From assembly GCA_965112155.1 (NCBI GenBank), contig OZ218100.1: a stretch of 64,000 bases of DNA; one strand, written 5' to 3'. Of this stretch, positions 11,626 through 24,107 are shown piece after piece (position 1 is the stretch's first letter; each line of letters starts with the position of its first letter). The notes under the pieces are model-generated. The model was not told the DNA's origin. It saw nothing but the letters and a program-made list of their open reading frames with translations, and did no database searches. Made by a program: the position numbers and the translations under genes. This DNA is from Podarcis liolepis (lineage: Eukaryota).

Positions 11626-12005
11626 TGTTGAATGGTTTCTTTAAATGTAAAGGTTCATCATTGTTCCACTCCATGTGTATGTCTTTAAGGGGCCGGAGCA
11701 AGGGCCAGAGCAAGATAACGAGACCCAGCTTTACAGCTGTGAAACATAGCAGGTGCTGCTGAGTTGTATTTGATTAAGGTGTGTCAGCATTTGGGTAGAG
11801 TATATAAGGAGCAGCACCTAGCTCTCCCATAACCCTGGGGGATGGGTTGGTGGTTGGGTCATGTTGGTTTGTTAATATATTTAGTGTAAATGGAGTTTTT
11901 GTTTTTCTTATTAAAACCTTTAAGTTATTTTTGAGTCCTTTCTTTTTAATGCATGATCTCCCCAGCAAGCTCTCTGCAGCGTCACTATACTGCAAAAAGC
12001 CAACA
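11626..12005 (+). repeat. 3' LTR (380 bp)
   Basis: Direct repeat of 7680-8059. Confidence 0.97.
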
Positions 12006-12325
12006 ATATCATGCAACCAATGTTTATTTCATTTCTTTCTCTATTTTAAATATGTCTGTTATGGCAAAGTCCTCCCAAGGTTGCTTGTGTGGATAATAAA
12101 ATGAGCTGGGCATGGGGACCAAAAGGGCAGGATATCAAAGTTAATAGAAATAAATAAAATAAGTAATATATAAAAATTGTAACACCTCATTACAATAAAA
12201 CTAAAACAGGCATCTAAAAGCATTACACTTCTACAAAACCAATTTAGTTTTGTTTGTTTTTTTAACCCAGCAGCAATGTGAAATAGTGGGAAATGCATAG
12301 TGCATTATAGGAGCCTTACCTAAAC

Positions 12326-12426
12326 TGGTGCTATCCAGATGTTTTGGACTACAACTTCCTCCATCTCTGACCATTGACTATGCTGGCTGGGGCTGATGGG
12401 AGTTGTAGTCCAAAACTCCTGGAGGC
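12326..12426. mobile_element. Short fold-back MITE (GGACTACAACTCCCA family)
   Basis: TTTTGGACTACAACT ... AGTTGTAGTCCAAAA inverted arms; related copies at 17033, 54037, 58141. Confidence 0.7.
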
Positions 12427-12904
12427 TGCGGTAGGCTATTTTATTGCAGAATGGGAGGGAAATAAAGGTCTTTGTCTAAACTTTAATTGCTAGGAGAGAG
12501 CAAGGATAAGGAATTGGAGCAAAGGGAAGATTTTAGAGGAGTCACCAGCAGCTTTTGCAGCAAAGAAATATTTGATGAATGTAAGAGGAGAAGGCGGTCA
12601 ATGGCACTGCTGACACCACAAAGAGGAGGACAGGGTATACTGGGCAGGGATTTCTTGTAGCCAGGGTGCAAGGGTTCCAACAACGACAGGAGCATTGGCC
12701 AGCAAGGAGGTACATTGGCAGGAATGAGCCAAGTACCCCTAAGTTACAATAAACCAACCTGGACATGACCGGTTGAGACCACAGTTTAGATGTGATTTCT
12801 CCAGGTAAAGACACAGCTGGCAGAACAGGTGAAGTTGGCAAATAACATTCCAGACCACTGCACTTTGTGGGTATTTAGGAGAATTTGGTGGATGGAGGAC
12901 TCAA

Positions 12905-13110
12905 CATATCCCCCAAGATGAGAACCTGCTTCTTTCAGTGGAGTGTAACCCTATCCAGATGCTTCAACCAACAGTACCTGTATCTTGCCAGGATTAAACT
13001 TGAATTTGTTCAGCTTCATGCAATCTAAAGCAAGGCCCAAAACACTAGTTCAGAATTTCAGCTGCATTCCATCTGTACATTGGAAATAAGAGAGGGTTCA
13101 TTTCCAAACA
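12905..13110 (-). mobile_element. Decayed L2-like LINE RT fragment
   Basis: Minus strand reads MKLNKFKFNPGKIQVLL, resembling the L2 RT motif NKLKLNPDKTEVL. Confidence 0.5.
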
Positions 13111-13991
13111 TATGACAGCCACTGATGATGGAGCTTTGAATGGAGCAATGGAAGGTGGCTGCTAATGCATTTGATATCCATATGTGAAAGTTCTACTAGA
13201 ATGAAAGAACCCAAGGAAAGCTGAAATGACATAATTAAAATCTCAAGCTACTCATTCAGAATTTATGATTCACATTGTAAGTGCTACCATATGCTTTTCA
13301 AGCTGTAGCAAGCACCCTTGTGGTTCTATGGGTAACAAGATCAAGAATAATAAGAGCAAACTTGATCAAAATAAAGAACACCATTATGCAAACAGTATAG
13401 ATGAACTTACTCATTATGAGAAATATAACCAACTGAGTGGTGGCAAAGGGTTGTATACAGGGAAAATTAGGAATGAAACTGTGTGCTGTTTTTTAAATTC
13501 TGTTTTCACTGTTACTAAAAGTTACCTTCTGTCTTTCTGTGTGTTCAGATTTGAATTGTGCAGGGTAGCACTAAAAGGAAATTCACTCCATCGGAATCTC
13601 AACATTCTTAGGGCTATACTCAAAGTTTGTATGCAGATACATTTAGTAAGAAAGTTGGGCAAAGTGACTTTTCACCTAAATTCCCACTTTTCTTACTTTT
13701 GCTGTTTCCACCTGCTCAATTACGATCACGTAACATGATGACATCACAATGCCACATCAGAGGAAGGACAGTACTGTGAATGGATGCTGTGAATGGCTAG
13801 ACGCATTCACACTGCTCCAAAAATGTCTAAAAGGGGGAGTGTTTTTTGAAAGTAACAACAGCTTTCATTTGGCTTTGGGTAAGGATAAGCAAATTTCTCC
13901 TATTCTATTCTTTAATTGTTCTTTTGATTTTGTTTCTCCTGTATTTCACTTACTCAGCATTCTGGTTTATTCTGGAATTAGAACATGAGTA

Positions 13992-14210
13992 CAGTGGTAC
14001 CTTGGTACTCAAACTGCTTGGCTCCTGAACGCCGGAAACCCAGAAGTAAGTGTTCCAGTTTGCAAACATTTTTCAGAAGCCGAACGTCCGACGCAGCTTC
14101 CGTTTGAGTGCAGGAAGCTCCTGCAGCCAATCAGAAGCCACACCTTAGTTTCAAACTGTTTCAGGAGCCGAACAGACTCCCAGAATGGATTAAGTTTGAG
14201 AACCAAGGTA
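13992..14210. mobile_element. Tc1/mariner-pogo (Tigger-like) MITE, right TIR truncated
   Basis: TA-CAGTGGTACCTTGG start, CCAAGGTA end; internal similarity to 47640-47880. Confidence 0.75.
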
Positions 14211-14473
14211 GTCTGAAGCAGCTTTCGACTTCCAGAGAGTAGGACTTGAACCAATGGCTTCACATTACAAGAAAGGAGATCCCAACAAAACACCAGGAGC
14301 ACTTTCTGATTGTAAGAGTTGTTCAACCGTGTAACAGGCTCCCTCCCCTTCCTTGGAGGCTTTTAAGCAGAGTTTGGTGCTATGGATGCTTTAGCTGAGA
14401 TTCCTGCATTGCAGGGGGTTGGACTAAATGATCCTCAGGGTCCCTTCCGCCTCTGTGATTTTATGATTCTATG
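14211..14473 (+). mobile_element. CR1 LINE 3' fragment
   Basis: TCCTTGGAGGCTTTTAAGCAGAG...GGGGGTTGGACTAAATGATC...ATGATTCTATG terminus. Confidence 0.75.
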
Positions 14474-14534
14474 TGTTTTCTGAAATGGTACAACCCAGTA
14501 GAACCCAAACACACATTTAACACAATAAAAAAAT

Positions 14535-14654
14535 TCCTTCCAGTATCACCTTAAAGACCAACTAAGTTAGTTCTTGGTATGAGCTTTCGTGTGCATGCAC
14601 ACTTCTTCAGATACACTGAAACAGAATACAGAATTCTTCAGATACACTGAAACA
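14535..14654 (-). mobile_element. Short Penelope-like 3' fragment
   Basis: Hammerhead followed (minus strand) by TTAGTTGGTCTTTAAGGTGATACTGG, the typical reptile PLE terminus; 21-bp duplication TTCTTCAGATACACTGAAACA at the truncation. Confidence 0.75.
14577..14614 (-). ncRNA. Minimal type-I hammerhead ribozyme motif
   Basis: GTAT-CTGAAGA-A-GTGTG-catg-CACAC-GAAA-GC-TC-ATAC: 4-bp stem I, 5-bp stem II, palindromic AGCT stem III. Confidence 0.85.
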
Positions 14655-16442
14655 TTTAACACGTCAGTGATACCTAGGCCTCAAAAATTAGATTAAAATT
14701 CCCCATCTTCTACCATCTGACATTACACTTTTCCCAGAGAACTTTGAATTGTGAAGGAGATATCAATCCCCTCCCCCAAAAAAGAAATTAACAGTTGCTT
14801 TAGAAATACAGTTATTTCCGTACAGAGTACCCCCTGCCTCGATGGATGGATGTTTCATAGAAAAGGCTACGTTTGACACCATTTTCATTATACCTTTGCG
14901 ACTCACCTTGAAGGTGGTGAATTTTGAAAGGGTCCTCTGCAGCAAAGTAGGTACAAACCTTTCAATTCCCATGTAATACTTCACATACAGGGCTGGATAG
15001 CTGATGATGGCCAAAAGTAGGTCTTAGAAGAATAAAGGAACCAGTTATAAATGAAAGGCCTTTGTCCCGCTCTTAAATACTGCAAAGGATAAAAACAGAA
15101 TGAATGAAGCAGAATCAACTTATCTGAGTTTAGAGATGAGTGAATTTGAGAGGCTGGAATAACAGGTGTTGCTTCTGCCTTGGTCTTATTTCATCAAATA
15201 CTATTATGCAAATTATAGATATCTAAAGTGTTAACACTGATATTATCGAGAAGTGAAAATGGGATTCCTTTACGAGATGAGATCTAACTGCTAGATACGC
15301 TGTTTTTGTGTGCTTTTTGGATATTTGATAGTGCTAAAATAAAATAGGAGTATAAATTAAAATAAAATTACATATTGAGTGTGCAGTTGGTAAATTGCTT
15401 ATAGGTCTGTATGAATTAATTTGAAAATGTCTCTAGTTTGTTTCCACTCTGTCTTTTCTCATACATAGGCGCTTTTGTATTTTGCTGTATAAATGAAACA
15501 ACAAATATATATATATATATAAATAAATAAAAATTCCTGGGCAAGAATATTTTAATAGCTGGTGTAATGTCAGCACCAGCCATGTTTCCTTATTGGAGGG
15601 TGTTTCAAAGTCAGGATGCCAGAGAGAAAAGGCCCTCTCATTTGTAACTGCATGACACACTTGTGCTAAAAAAGGGTTGACACACTTGTGCTAAAAAATT
15701 ATGTGCACAACAAAAGCCTCATTTGGAAAAGCCCCCTAAAGTCTGCTCACTAGCAGAGGGTGGAGTTTTCATTATAACAATCACCCTATGATTACTTAAG
15801 TGATCTTGAGGCGGGGAGGGGGGTGGCAGCCTGTATAATAACCTTACCTTTTAAGGGGTTAAATATGAGAACTTCAGACTCCACCTCTTGGACTTTAGTT
15901 TCCTCTGCTTTTCAGTTCCAGTCGGGTTCTCTATATACCAACCAGCAATAAAGGAACTTGTTTGTTTGCCTGCAATAAAAAGTAAGAGTTTGTTTGTTCT
16001 GCCTCTTTGATGCTGAGCAGAGCAAGATTGGGTGCTTGTTGCTGAAAAGGTATATTGTGAACCTATCACTCAGAAAGCTTTCTTGCATATTTATCAAACA
16101 TTTTTGTAAGTCTATGAAAGGAAGTCTATTATGCAGTAAATATATTATAAAGCTAAGAACCAAGTCTCATTGACAAGAATATTGTTCTTGGTGCCACTCT
16201 CCCTAAATGCTCAACTGTGGTTGCACTGCAAGTGTGTTCTTACTCTGTTTCTAAATCCCCACCCTTTCTTTTTATTGGTGTTGTCATGATACAAGATTAA
16301 AACGGATTTTTTGAGAAAACAAGCTCCACACTAGTTTTTAACTTCTTAGTTATAACATCAACTATTGGGTTTGCTTTATACCTTTGGTATCCCCTTGTTC
16401 ACAGTATCCTAAGCATCATTTTTTTTTCTCATGAAACATATA

Positions 16443-16673
16443 CAGTGGTACCTCAGTTTAAGAACAGCCTTTTTACGAACTATTCGGTTTACAAACTCCA
16501 CAAAACTGGAAGTAGTGTCCCGATTTGCAAGCTTTACCTCAGTCTAAGGATGGAATCCGAACGGTGGATGGGCACCAGTGGCGGGAGCCTCATTAGGGAA
16601 AGCTTGCCTCTGTTTAAGAATGGTTTCGGTTTAAGAATGGACTTTTGGAACGGATTAAGTTCATAAACCACTG
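16443..16673. mobile_element. Tc1/mariner-pogo (Tigger-like) MITE
   Basis: TA-CAGTGGTACCTC...ACCACTG-TA. Confidence 0.75.
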
Positions 16674-17032
16674 TATGTCGTTTGTTTGATTCCTGGTGCT
16701 CATACTGAATTTTCTGTTAACTTGACCTTTACAAAGTCCATTATACAAGTTAGCACCCTGCCTGCACAGAGAAGAGCAAGACGGATAGTCCTAGCCTTTC
16801 TCTTCTCCTGGGCCTGGCCCTCACACCCTCCCCACCAGTGAGGGGGGGAGAGATTGGCTCGTGCCTCCTCCCACCCCAAAAATGCCCCAGCCCAAAATGT
16901 GGCAGTTCCATCTAACAAGGGAGGCTGGCTACAGGAGTAATGCTTCCACAGAAAATGTCTCCTTGTTTGTTTTGTTAATAGGCTTTTATTTTTTGTAAAC
17001 CGTCTTGCGGCTTCATAATGGCATATTCATTC

Positions 17033-17160
17033 CAGGGCTGGGGAACCTGTGGCTTTTCAGCTGTGGCTTGGCTACATCTCCCATTATCCTTAGTCACTGG
17101 CCATGCTGGCTGAGGTTGATGGGAATCAGAGTCCAAGAACATCTGCAGGGCTACAGGTTC
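17033..17160. mobile_element. Short fold-back MITE (decayed)
   Basis: GAACCTGTGGC...GCTACAGGTTC inverted ends; same family as 12326 and 58141. Confidence 0.6.
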
Positions 17161-19181
17161 TTTGTTTTTCACAAACCTTAACCAGGCTCAGTGGCACAGA
17201 TCAGATCTTATTACACTTGCAGACACCTAATGTAGCAATCTATATGGACTCTGGGCATGGCCTAAAGCAGGGTTGCCCTCAGTTTGATTACATGTATATG
17301 GGGGGAGGCGGGGAGCCCAGAGGAAAGGAGGGAAGATGGGGAAAAGATAAACTGGAGAGAGCAACGGAAGGAAGAAGGAAGCCCTCTGCAAGAAATTGAT
17401 TCGCACCTCTAGCAAAGAGGAGGGAAAGCGGGGAGCCAGATGGGTAATGTGATGGAAAGGGGAGAGCCCTCTGCAAGCAATTGGCTTAAACCTCTGGCAG
17501 GCGCTAGCTTTCCTCCTTCTGGCAGCCTGCTGGGTGAAGAGAAAGAAGCAGGAAGAGAAGGAAGTATTAAACATAATGAGAGAGTGGGGTTAGCAGAGGA
17601 AAAAGGAGTGGCAGAAGCACAGAGGAAATTCATGTTTCACTAAATATGACTAGGAGCAATCTATGGGGCTCCCCCCCCACACACACCCTTTTCATTTAGT
17701 GAGCTTCCTACTCACTAAGCAACACACACATGAATCTACTGTCTTAAACACAAAATAGAAGAAAAATAAACAACGTAAGTATATCGTTGTGTTGGAGGTT
17801 GCAGTAATACTGAAAAAGAGAAAATAGGAATAAAAGGTATTTTGAGATTATAAATCACAGTGTCCCATTATAAACAGGACTGTGTTATATTTTAACATTA
17901 AAATAGAAAGTTAATTTCTTTGAAATACCCTTTTTAGCACCCAAAGGGGAAGAATCCGCCATGTGTTGAAATGTTGCAGGCTGCCCCAAACTTAAAAGCG
18001 CATTTGCCATGATGATGAAGCAAGACCTCTTGCTTCAAATTGTCCTGGGCTGATTCTCTCAAGTCAGAATCTTATTAAAAGCAACAGATTCTAATTTAAC
18101 AAGTGACAGGATCCAAAGGCATGCTAGTGACTTTCCTCTATTAATTTTTTGAATGGCCCTTGACACTTCCATTCAGTCAATTAGGAGTCTTTGGGGAAGA
18201 CAGCCTAAGAAACACATGGTAAGGACTGTTTCGTTTTTGTGGGGCGCTGTTACCAATCTTCACTTTATCCCAGGCTCCCATTTGCGAAGAAGATGTGATG
18301 CTTCCTGTGAGCTGTTTGATATATCCATAGGGAATACATGTATGTGATTAACCTAACTGGCCACTGGGTGTGACCGTTGCTCCACACAAAAGCAACAGAG
18401 GCTTCTTTTAAGTGACTTGAATCGCTTCACATGAAAAAGGCTCTTTTATCTTAGGAGGTAAAACATTCGCAATGAGAATGTCATATAATTTATGTTCCTT
18501 CAGAAACAAGAATAGTAGTATTAATAAATCCAGGAATGAAACACCCCAAAGTTTCACAGTGACGTATTTAAATGCTAATTGTGTTATCCAAAGAGACCCA
18601 GAATTTTCTCATCCCAAGTATTCAGATTTATTGAAGCAAAAATGAATGTGATTGTTTCAGAGAATGGGTTCCTTTTGTTCCAGAGATAGCAGAAATGTGT
18701 CGCCTGCATACTCTTAAGTGTGCACCTCTTGTGATGAGGGAAACTGTGCGATCACATTGGAATGTTAGCCCTTGTCAACTTTAGAAACAGATTTTATCCC
18801 ATAATATTAAGCTACTGTGAGGTTTTGCATCTTACCACATTAGGTATTCAAACACCATTCTGTCTGTTTGTGGACAATAATCCTACTTATTATTTCCAAT
18901 GCATTTTATTATATCAAGAGTGCAACGGAAACCTCATTATTTGTTAAGAACTCTTTTACTCCATATCACTGTCCCCTGTAGGCCCATGTCAGTGTAGCCA
19001 TGTGTAGGAAGCATTTCTGTTTATAGTTTCATTATCTATATAGTTTAAATTTATCCCCATTCCCTACTGGGGTTGTGTGTTCGTGGTGTGCATTCCTGTA
19101 CATGATGAAAAGCACAGAATGTTTTGTCACAATGGCATCTTTTTCTGCCAGGCTCTGAAAGGATGTTGAGTAACTGGGCTT

Positions 19182-19692
19182 TGTTGTTTAGTCGTTTAGT
19201 CGTGTCCGACTCTTCGTGACCCCATGGACCAGAGCACGCCAGGCACTCCTGTCTTCCACTGCCTCCCGCAGCCTGGTCAAACTCATGCTGGTAGCTTCGA
19301 GAACACTGTCCAACCATCTTACCCTCTGTCGTCCCCTTCTCCTTGTGCCCTCAATCTTTCCCAACATCAGGGTCTTTTCCAGGGAGTCTTCTCTACTCAT
19401 GAGGTGGCCAAAGTACTGGAGCGTCAGCTTCAGGATCTGTCCTTCCAGTGAGCACTCAGGGCTGATTTCCTTCAGAATGGAGAGGTTTGATCTTCTTGCA
19501 GTCCATGGGACTCTCAAGAGTCTTCTCCAGCACCATAATTCAAAAGCACCAATTCTTCGGCAATCAGCCTTCTTTATGGTCCTGCTCTCACTTCCATACA
19601 TCACTACTGGGAAAACCATAGCTTTTACTATACGGACCTTTGTTGGCAAGGAGATGTCTCTTCTTTTTAAGATGCTGTCTAGGTTTGTCATT
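19182..19692 (-). mobile_element. Bov-B (RTE) LINE 3' fragment
   Basis: ORF TKVRIVKAMVFPVVMYGSES..FELWCWRRLLRVPWTARRSN..WRALVHGVTKSRTRLND; 12-bp TSD GTAACTGGGCTT (19170-19181 / 19693-19704). Confidence 0.95.
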
Positions 19693-19737
19693 GTAACTGG
19701 GCTTATATTGATTATAAGCACTGATTACAAAATATAC

Positions 19738-19859
19738 CAGCTACCAGCATGAGTTTGACCAAACTGCAGGAGGCAGTGGAAGACAGAAGTGCCTGGCGTG
19801 CTCTGGTCCATGGGGTCACGAAGAGTCGGACACGACTAAACAACTAAACAACAACAACA
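19738..19859 (+). mobile_element. Second Bov-B 3' fragment, opposite orientation
   Basis: Inverted copy of ~19182-19295; (CAA)n tail; TSD ACAAAATATAC / ACAAAAGATAC. Confidence 0.9.
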
Positions 19860-19897
19860 ACAAAAGATACACATTTTAAGTGAAGTATAGTTCTCTG

Positions 19898-20052
19898 CAC
19901 TGCTTTTTTTCTTTAAAAAGTGTTTAGGGGTACTCTCATTTTCCTACTCATATTGAAATACTGCCTCTCAATGAGGCCAAATTTAGATTTAGATTCACAA
20001 AATGTTTAGGGGTATGCGGACCCCTGCGTTCCCTCCCCCCCAAAAAGCACTG
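19898..20052. mobile_element. hAT MITE
   Basis: 8-bp TSD GTTCTCTG (19890-19897 / 20053-20060); TIR CAsTGCTTTTT. Confidence 0.85.
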
Positions 20053-23000
20053 GTTCTCTGTATTCTTTTTGGGGGGCAGGGGGAATGGCCAGAAGTTTCT
20101 CTAACTGCTCATCTATATATTGTAGTCAATGCATGAATGCCTCTTTAAGAGCATAAAGAAATACTTGTAAGATTAAGTGAATTTACCCTGATCTTTTTAG
20201 GGGAGAGGCATCTGTATATGTCTGCTCTGAAGTAAGCTCCACATAGCTGAATGTGGTTCACTTCCTCATGGGTAAATAGGTATAGGATTACAATCTTAGT
20301 TTTCACTGTTGCACTACTGTGTAGCATCAGGCTCACCAGGAAAAAGTACATCCTGGGGACATTTATTAAGTCTGTTTATGAACAATAGTTATCAGGGTAG
20401 CAGTGGCAAATCACATGGCATCCAGGTGGACAACCTTACATGAAGGTAGCAATCTTATGGTTCAGTATTATTATCATCATTACTATTCTTTTTTTTTCCT
20501 GTGCTGTCTTAGTCCAGTTGGATTATCAGCTTACATAGGAGCCTGAAGTAGTGCTGAGCTTAAGAGTCTGTAGAAACTCCATGCATTTTATCACTTTTTA
20601 GCTACTATTGATATTAATCATATTTTGACAGTTTTGAAATACCTGTTTGTAACTGTTTTTCAAGAATGTTTTATTTTATATTTTGGTGTAAGGTTTTCTT
20701 ACAGTCGGTATATAACTTTTGTTGAATAAAATAAATATTTTTTTTAATTATTATTTTTAAGTTTGATCATAATTCCCAAAGGCATTTCGCATTTTACAAT
20801 TTTAAGCGTAAGCTTGCAGTGATTGACATGCGGACATAAAGTACTGAATGCATCAAGCAAAAATCATATGGTGCTTTTATCAGGGAGCAGGGAATGGCTT
20901 CAGCTTTTTATGTGATACAGCCCTCGCTGACATAGCCCTCTTTAAGTGGTCCTGGGCAAGGCCCTATTTCTCAACCTTACCTACCTCACAGGATTGCCAT
21001 AAATATATAAAATGATACAAGGATAAACCCTTAACTGCTGTGATAGCTGTAGAGATAGGCTGACAAAGAAATCTAAATAATGTTCCATCAGTCCCGATAA
21101 GTGTTTGTTATTCTAATCAAAACTACAGCCCTCAACATGTCCAAGAGACTGTGAAACCTAATAGTTAAAAAAAGTAGCATTGCCAATTAGGTTCAGAACA
21201 ATGTTTCCCTACTATGAGTTATACCTTGCTCCAAGTCCTGCTCTGGATATGTTAAGAGACGACAGCGTGCAACAGAATGCGTCTTTCCATCTGTTTTCAA
21301 CAAGAACAAGTGCAATGTTGATTTGAAACAGGCTGAAAATTATTTTAAGGTGTATGCTTGTGTGTTTCTCAAAACTGCCAACAGCAGGAGATACACTAAG
21401 TGCCTGGATTTTCTGCTTTTTGAAAAAGAGTGTGTTTGTGTTTTCCACATAAAAAGTGTGCTTTAGCAAAAGAAAAAAAAGCTTTCAGTCAATTTTTCAA
21501 AACCTAGTTTTTCAGAGCTTATGCTGAAAATCATCCACACTTCCTAGAATCATTTTCTTTCTTTCTTTAAGTGAGACATCTGGCATCTTCCTGATTCAGT
21601 GATGAGCTGCCAATGTTTACAATGAGGGACTCCTGGGGGGGGGGGGACCTCTTAATTGAGTTTGTGATAACTTTCAAATTCAAGCAAGGTTGTTTAAAAT
21701 GCAATAATTGTTCAATACAAATCTCATATGAAATCACATCAGCTTTGGAGCACAGAACATGCTCTGCAGGTTCCAAAGTGTTGTTTGTGTCTAGAATTGC
21801 CAGCGGACAGTGCAGGGTCCTTAGGCCATACAGCAATTCTTTCTGGCCCCCAGCAGCCCTAAGTAATTGTAATTAAAGTGTTCATGAGCGAGAGAGTGAT
21901 GTCCCCCTGAAAAGTGCACAGCCATCAATCCACAGGTGCCCATTGGAGAAGCCATTCAGGATCAGATCAGAGTATTGTAATAAAGAAAGGTGGAAGAGAT
22001 AGGTGTTCCCTATTTAATGTTTTCTTACATGATAGAATGTTACAGCACCTCATTACTGAATAGTTTTATTGATTGATTTTGTGGGGGAGAGTTTGTTCTT
22101 TATTAATTGCTTTGATATATTCATTAATACATTGTTTTGATATGTTTTGTTGTACACTTTGAGCTACTTTGGGCACATTTCTGTGCAGGAAGCACCATAT
22201 ACATAAATTTAAATCCCAATCTGTGTGTTTTGTATGCAATGCTTCACATGTGCCTCAACCTATGTGCTCCATAGCTATGACATCTGTACTGCTCGATGGT
22301 GTAAGGAGATAGACTGCGAAGCAAATACACTTCCAGTCTCTGCACCTTTGTCTAAAGGATGAAATGTCCCTCAAGAATAATAAAGAAAGTTAATCTGAAG
22401 TACCCACTGCATGGGAACTGGTTGTCTGCATTACTCTTGTGGCAAAACTTGAAAATTCTTTGTGCTATAGTATAGCAGGGGGTCAGGTGGGGACAACCAA
22501 AATGGATAGACCATAATGTTGCATCCATCTGGGAATTCCAATTTACTGTCTGTCTCTCCTGGGGAGCTTCTTAATTATCAAAATTTACCTTAAGAGTTCT
22601 ATTGCTGAGAGTACTTGGCATAACAGAGAATGCTGAAGGAGATTTTCAGGACCCTATATGCACATTATATTTTGTTCCAAGGGGTGATGGCTGCATTTGG
22701 TTCAGTGAGCTCCAAGTTCTAATCTAAGCAATCACAAGACATAATCTGCAAAATGAAAATCCACCTTGGAAAAACTTTTGTGTTCCCTCCCTAATTTAGG
22801 ATAGAGATAGATGGAAGATGGAACACAGGACACAAAGGTACAGTCATGAAGATCATGACTGAACATATCACTATTTTAGTCTACCTTGTGGGATTAGTAT
22901 GAAGACAGGTGTAACATCACTATGACCACAGGAAATCAGTATAGGAAATAGTCACAATTAAACTGTTGTTAATGCCTAATGTGATTTGTGCATCCTGAGA

Positions 23001-23792
23001 GTGCTGCTGTTTTTTAAAACAAAAGTAGGTGTAATGTGAAGTTCACCCAAAAACAACTGAATGCTTAAAGAACATAGATCTCAATTAAAGCATATCTGAA
23101 ATTATTTCCCAAGGGTACTACTTGTTACCACTTGTGTTTTCATTTAGCATATTTTCAGCTATACTTTATTTGGGGGTCCATCATTTTTTGACATGAAATA
23201 TTTCTGTGAACTTGAAACTAAAGCCTTAGAAGTAAAAGTTACTATTGCTTAAGACAACAGATGCCTGTTATGGCACCAAGATGTTCTCTGCCACACCAAG
23301 GCATTATTGGTATGAATTCATAATGCGAGAACCTTTCATGTCAAAAAGAGATGGAAAATCAAATGTGAGTCTAAATAGCATGTAATCTCCCTTGACTCTT
23401 TGCAATTTCATGGCAAAACAGCCTCAACAGATTACACGGTGCAAAATAACAAAATATCCTTGGAAAGGAGATCAGACAGGAATTCATAGTGAATGGGCCA
23501 CATTCTTCATTGACATTATTTCATTGGCCCCCAACTTCTTTCTGGTTGTAAATCATGCAGTGCCTAATGGATCTGCTCCCATGCATCTGAACCCAATTAT
23601 AAGCATAATTTTGAGACAAAACAAATGTGGGTAAAATGGTTCTTACATCTAGTTTGAAAGTAAACACAGTTTGCTTTGATAAATCTGCCTTTTGGTGAGT
23701 CAGGCTAATATAACCTAGGACTGTCTGCAGTGAGTGGTTGTGAAGAAACAAGGTTTCTTCCAGACCTGCTGCTCTTACATTCTTTTAACTGG

Positions 23793-24107
23793 AGGTAAAG
23801 GTAAAGGTAAAGGGACCCCTGACCATTAGGTCCAGTCGCAGACGACTCTGGGGTTGCGGCGGTCATCTCGCTTTATTGGCCAAGGGAGCCGGCATACAGC
23901 TTCCGGGTCATGTGGCGAACCAGAGCAGCACACGGAAACACCGTTTACCTTCCCGCCAGAGTGGTACCTATTTATCTAGTTGCACTTTGAGGTGCTTTTG
24001 AACTGCTAGGTTGGCAGGAGCAGGGACCGAGCAACAGGAGCTCACCCCGTTACGGGGATTCGAACCACCAACCTTCTGATCGGCAAGTCCTAGGCTCTGT
24101 GGTTTAA
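23793..24107 (-). mobile_element. Sauria SINE (Squam1), slightly 5'-truncated
   Basis: (ACCTTT)n tail and B box GTTCGAATC on minus strand; matches 43151-43505 with a ~25-bp internal deletion. Confidence 0.9.

Larger units (their letters stand above)
7680..12005 (+). mobile_element. Ty1/copia LTR retrotransposon, recent, internally deleted (non-autonomous)
   Basis: TG...CA LTRs, 5-bp TSD ATATC (7675-7679 / 12006-12010), PBS, PPT, domain order gag-PR-IN-RT-RH. Confidence 0.98.

Noticed and set aside
15654-15698. Short direct repeats (also ~53994-54031, ~50815-50855) as a CRISPR-like array
   Set aside because: Only two units each in a vertebrate context; ordinary local tandem duplications
19216-19752. 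178-aa plus-strand ORF
   Set aside because: Antisense frame of the Bov-B fragment
19182-19859. Twin-primed Bov-B or a DNA transposon with long TIRs
   Set aside because: Each half has its own TSD and its own 3' tail
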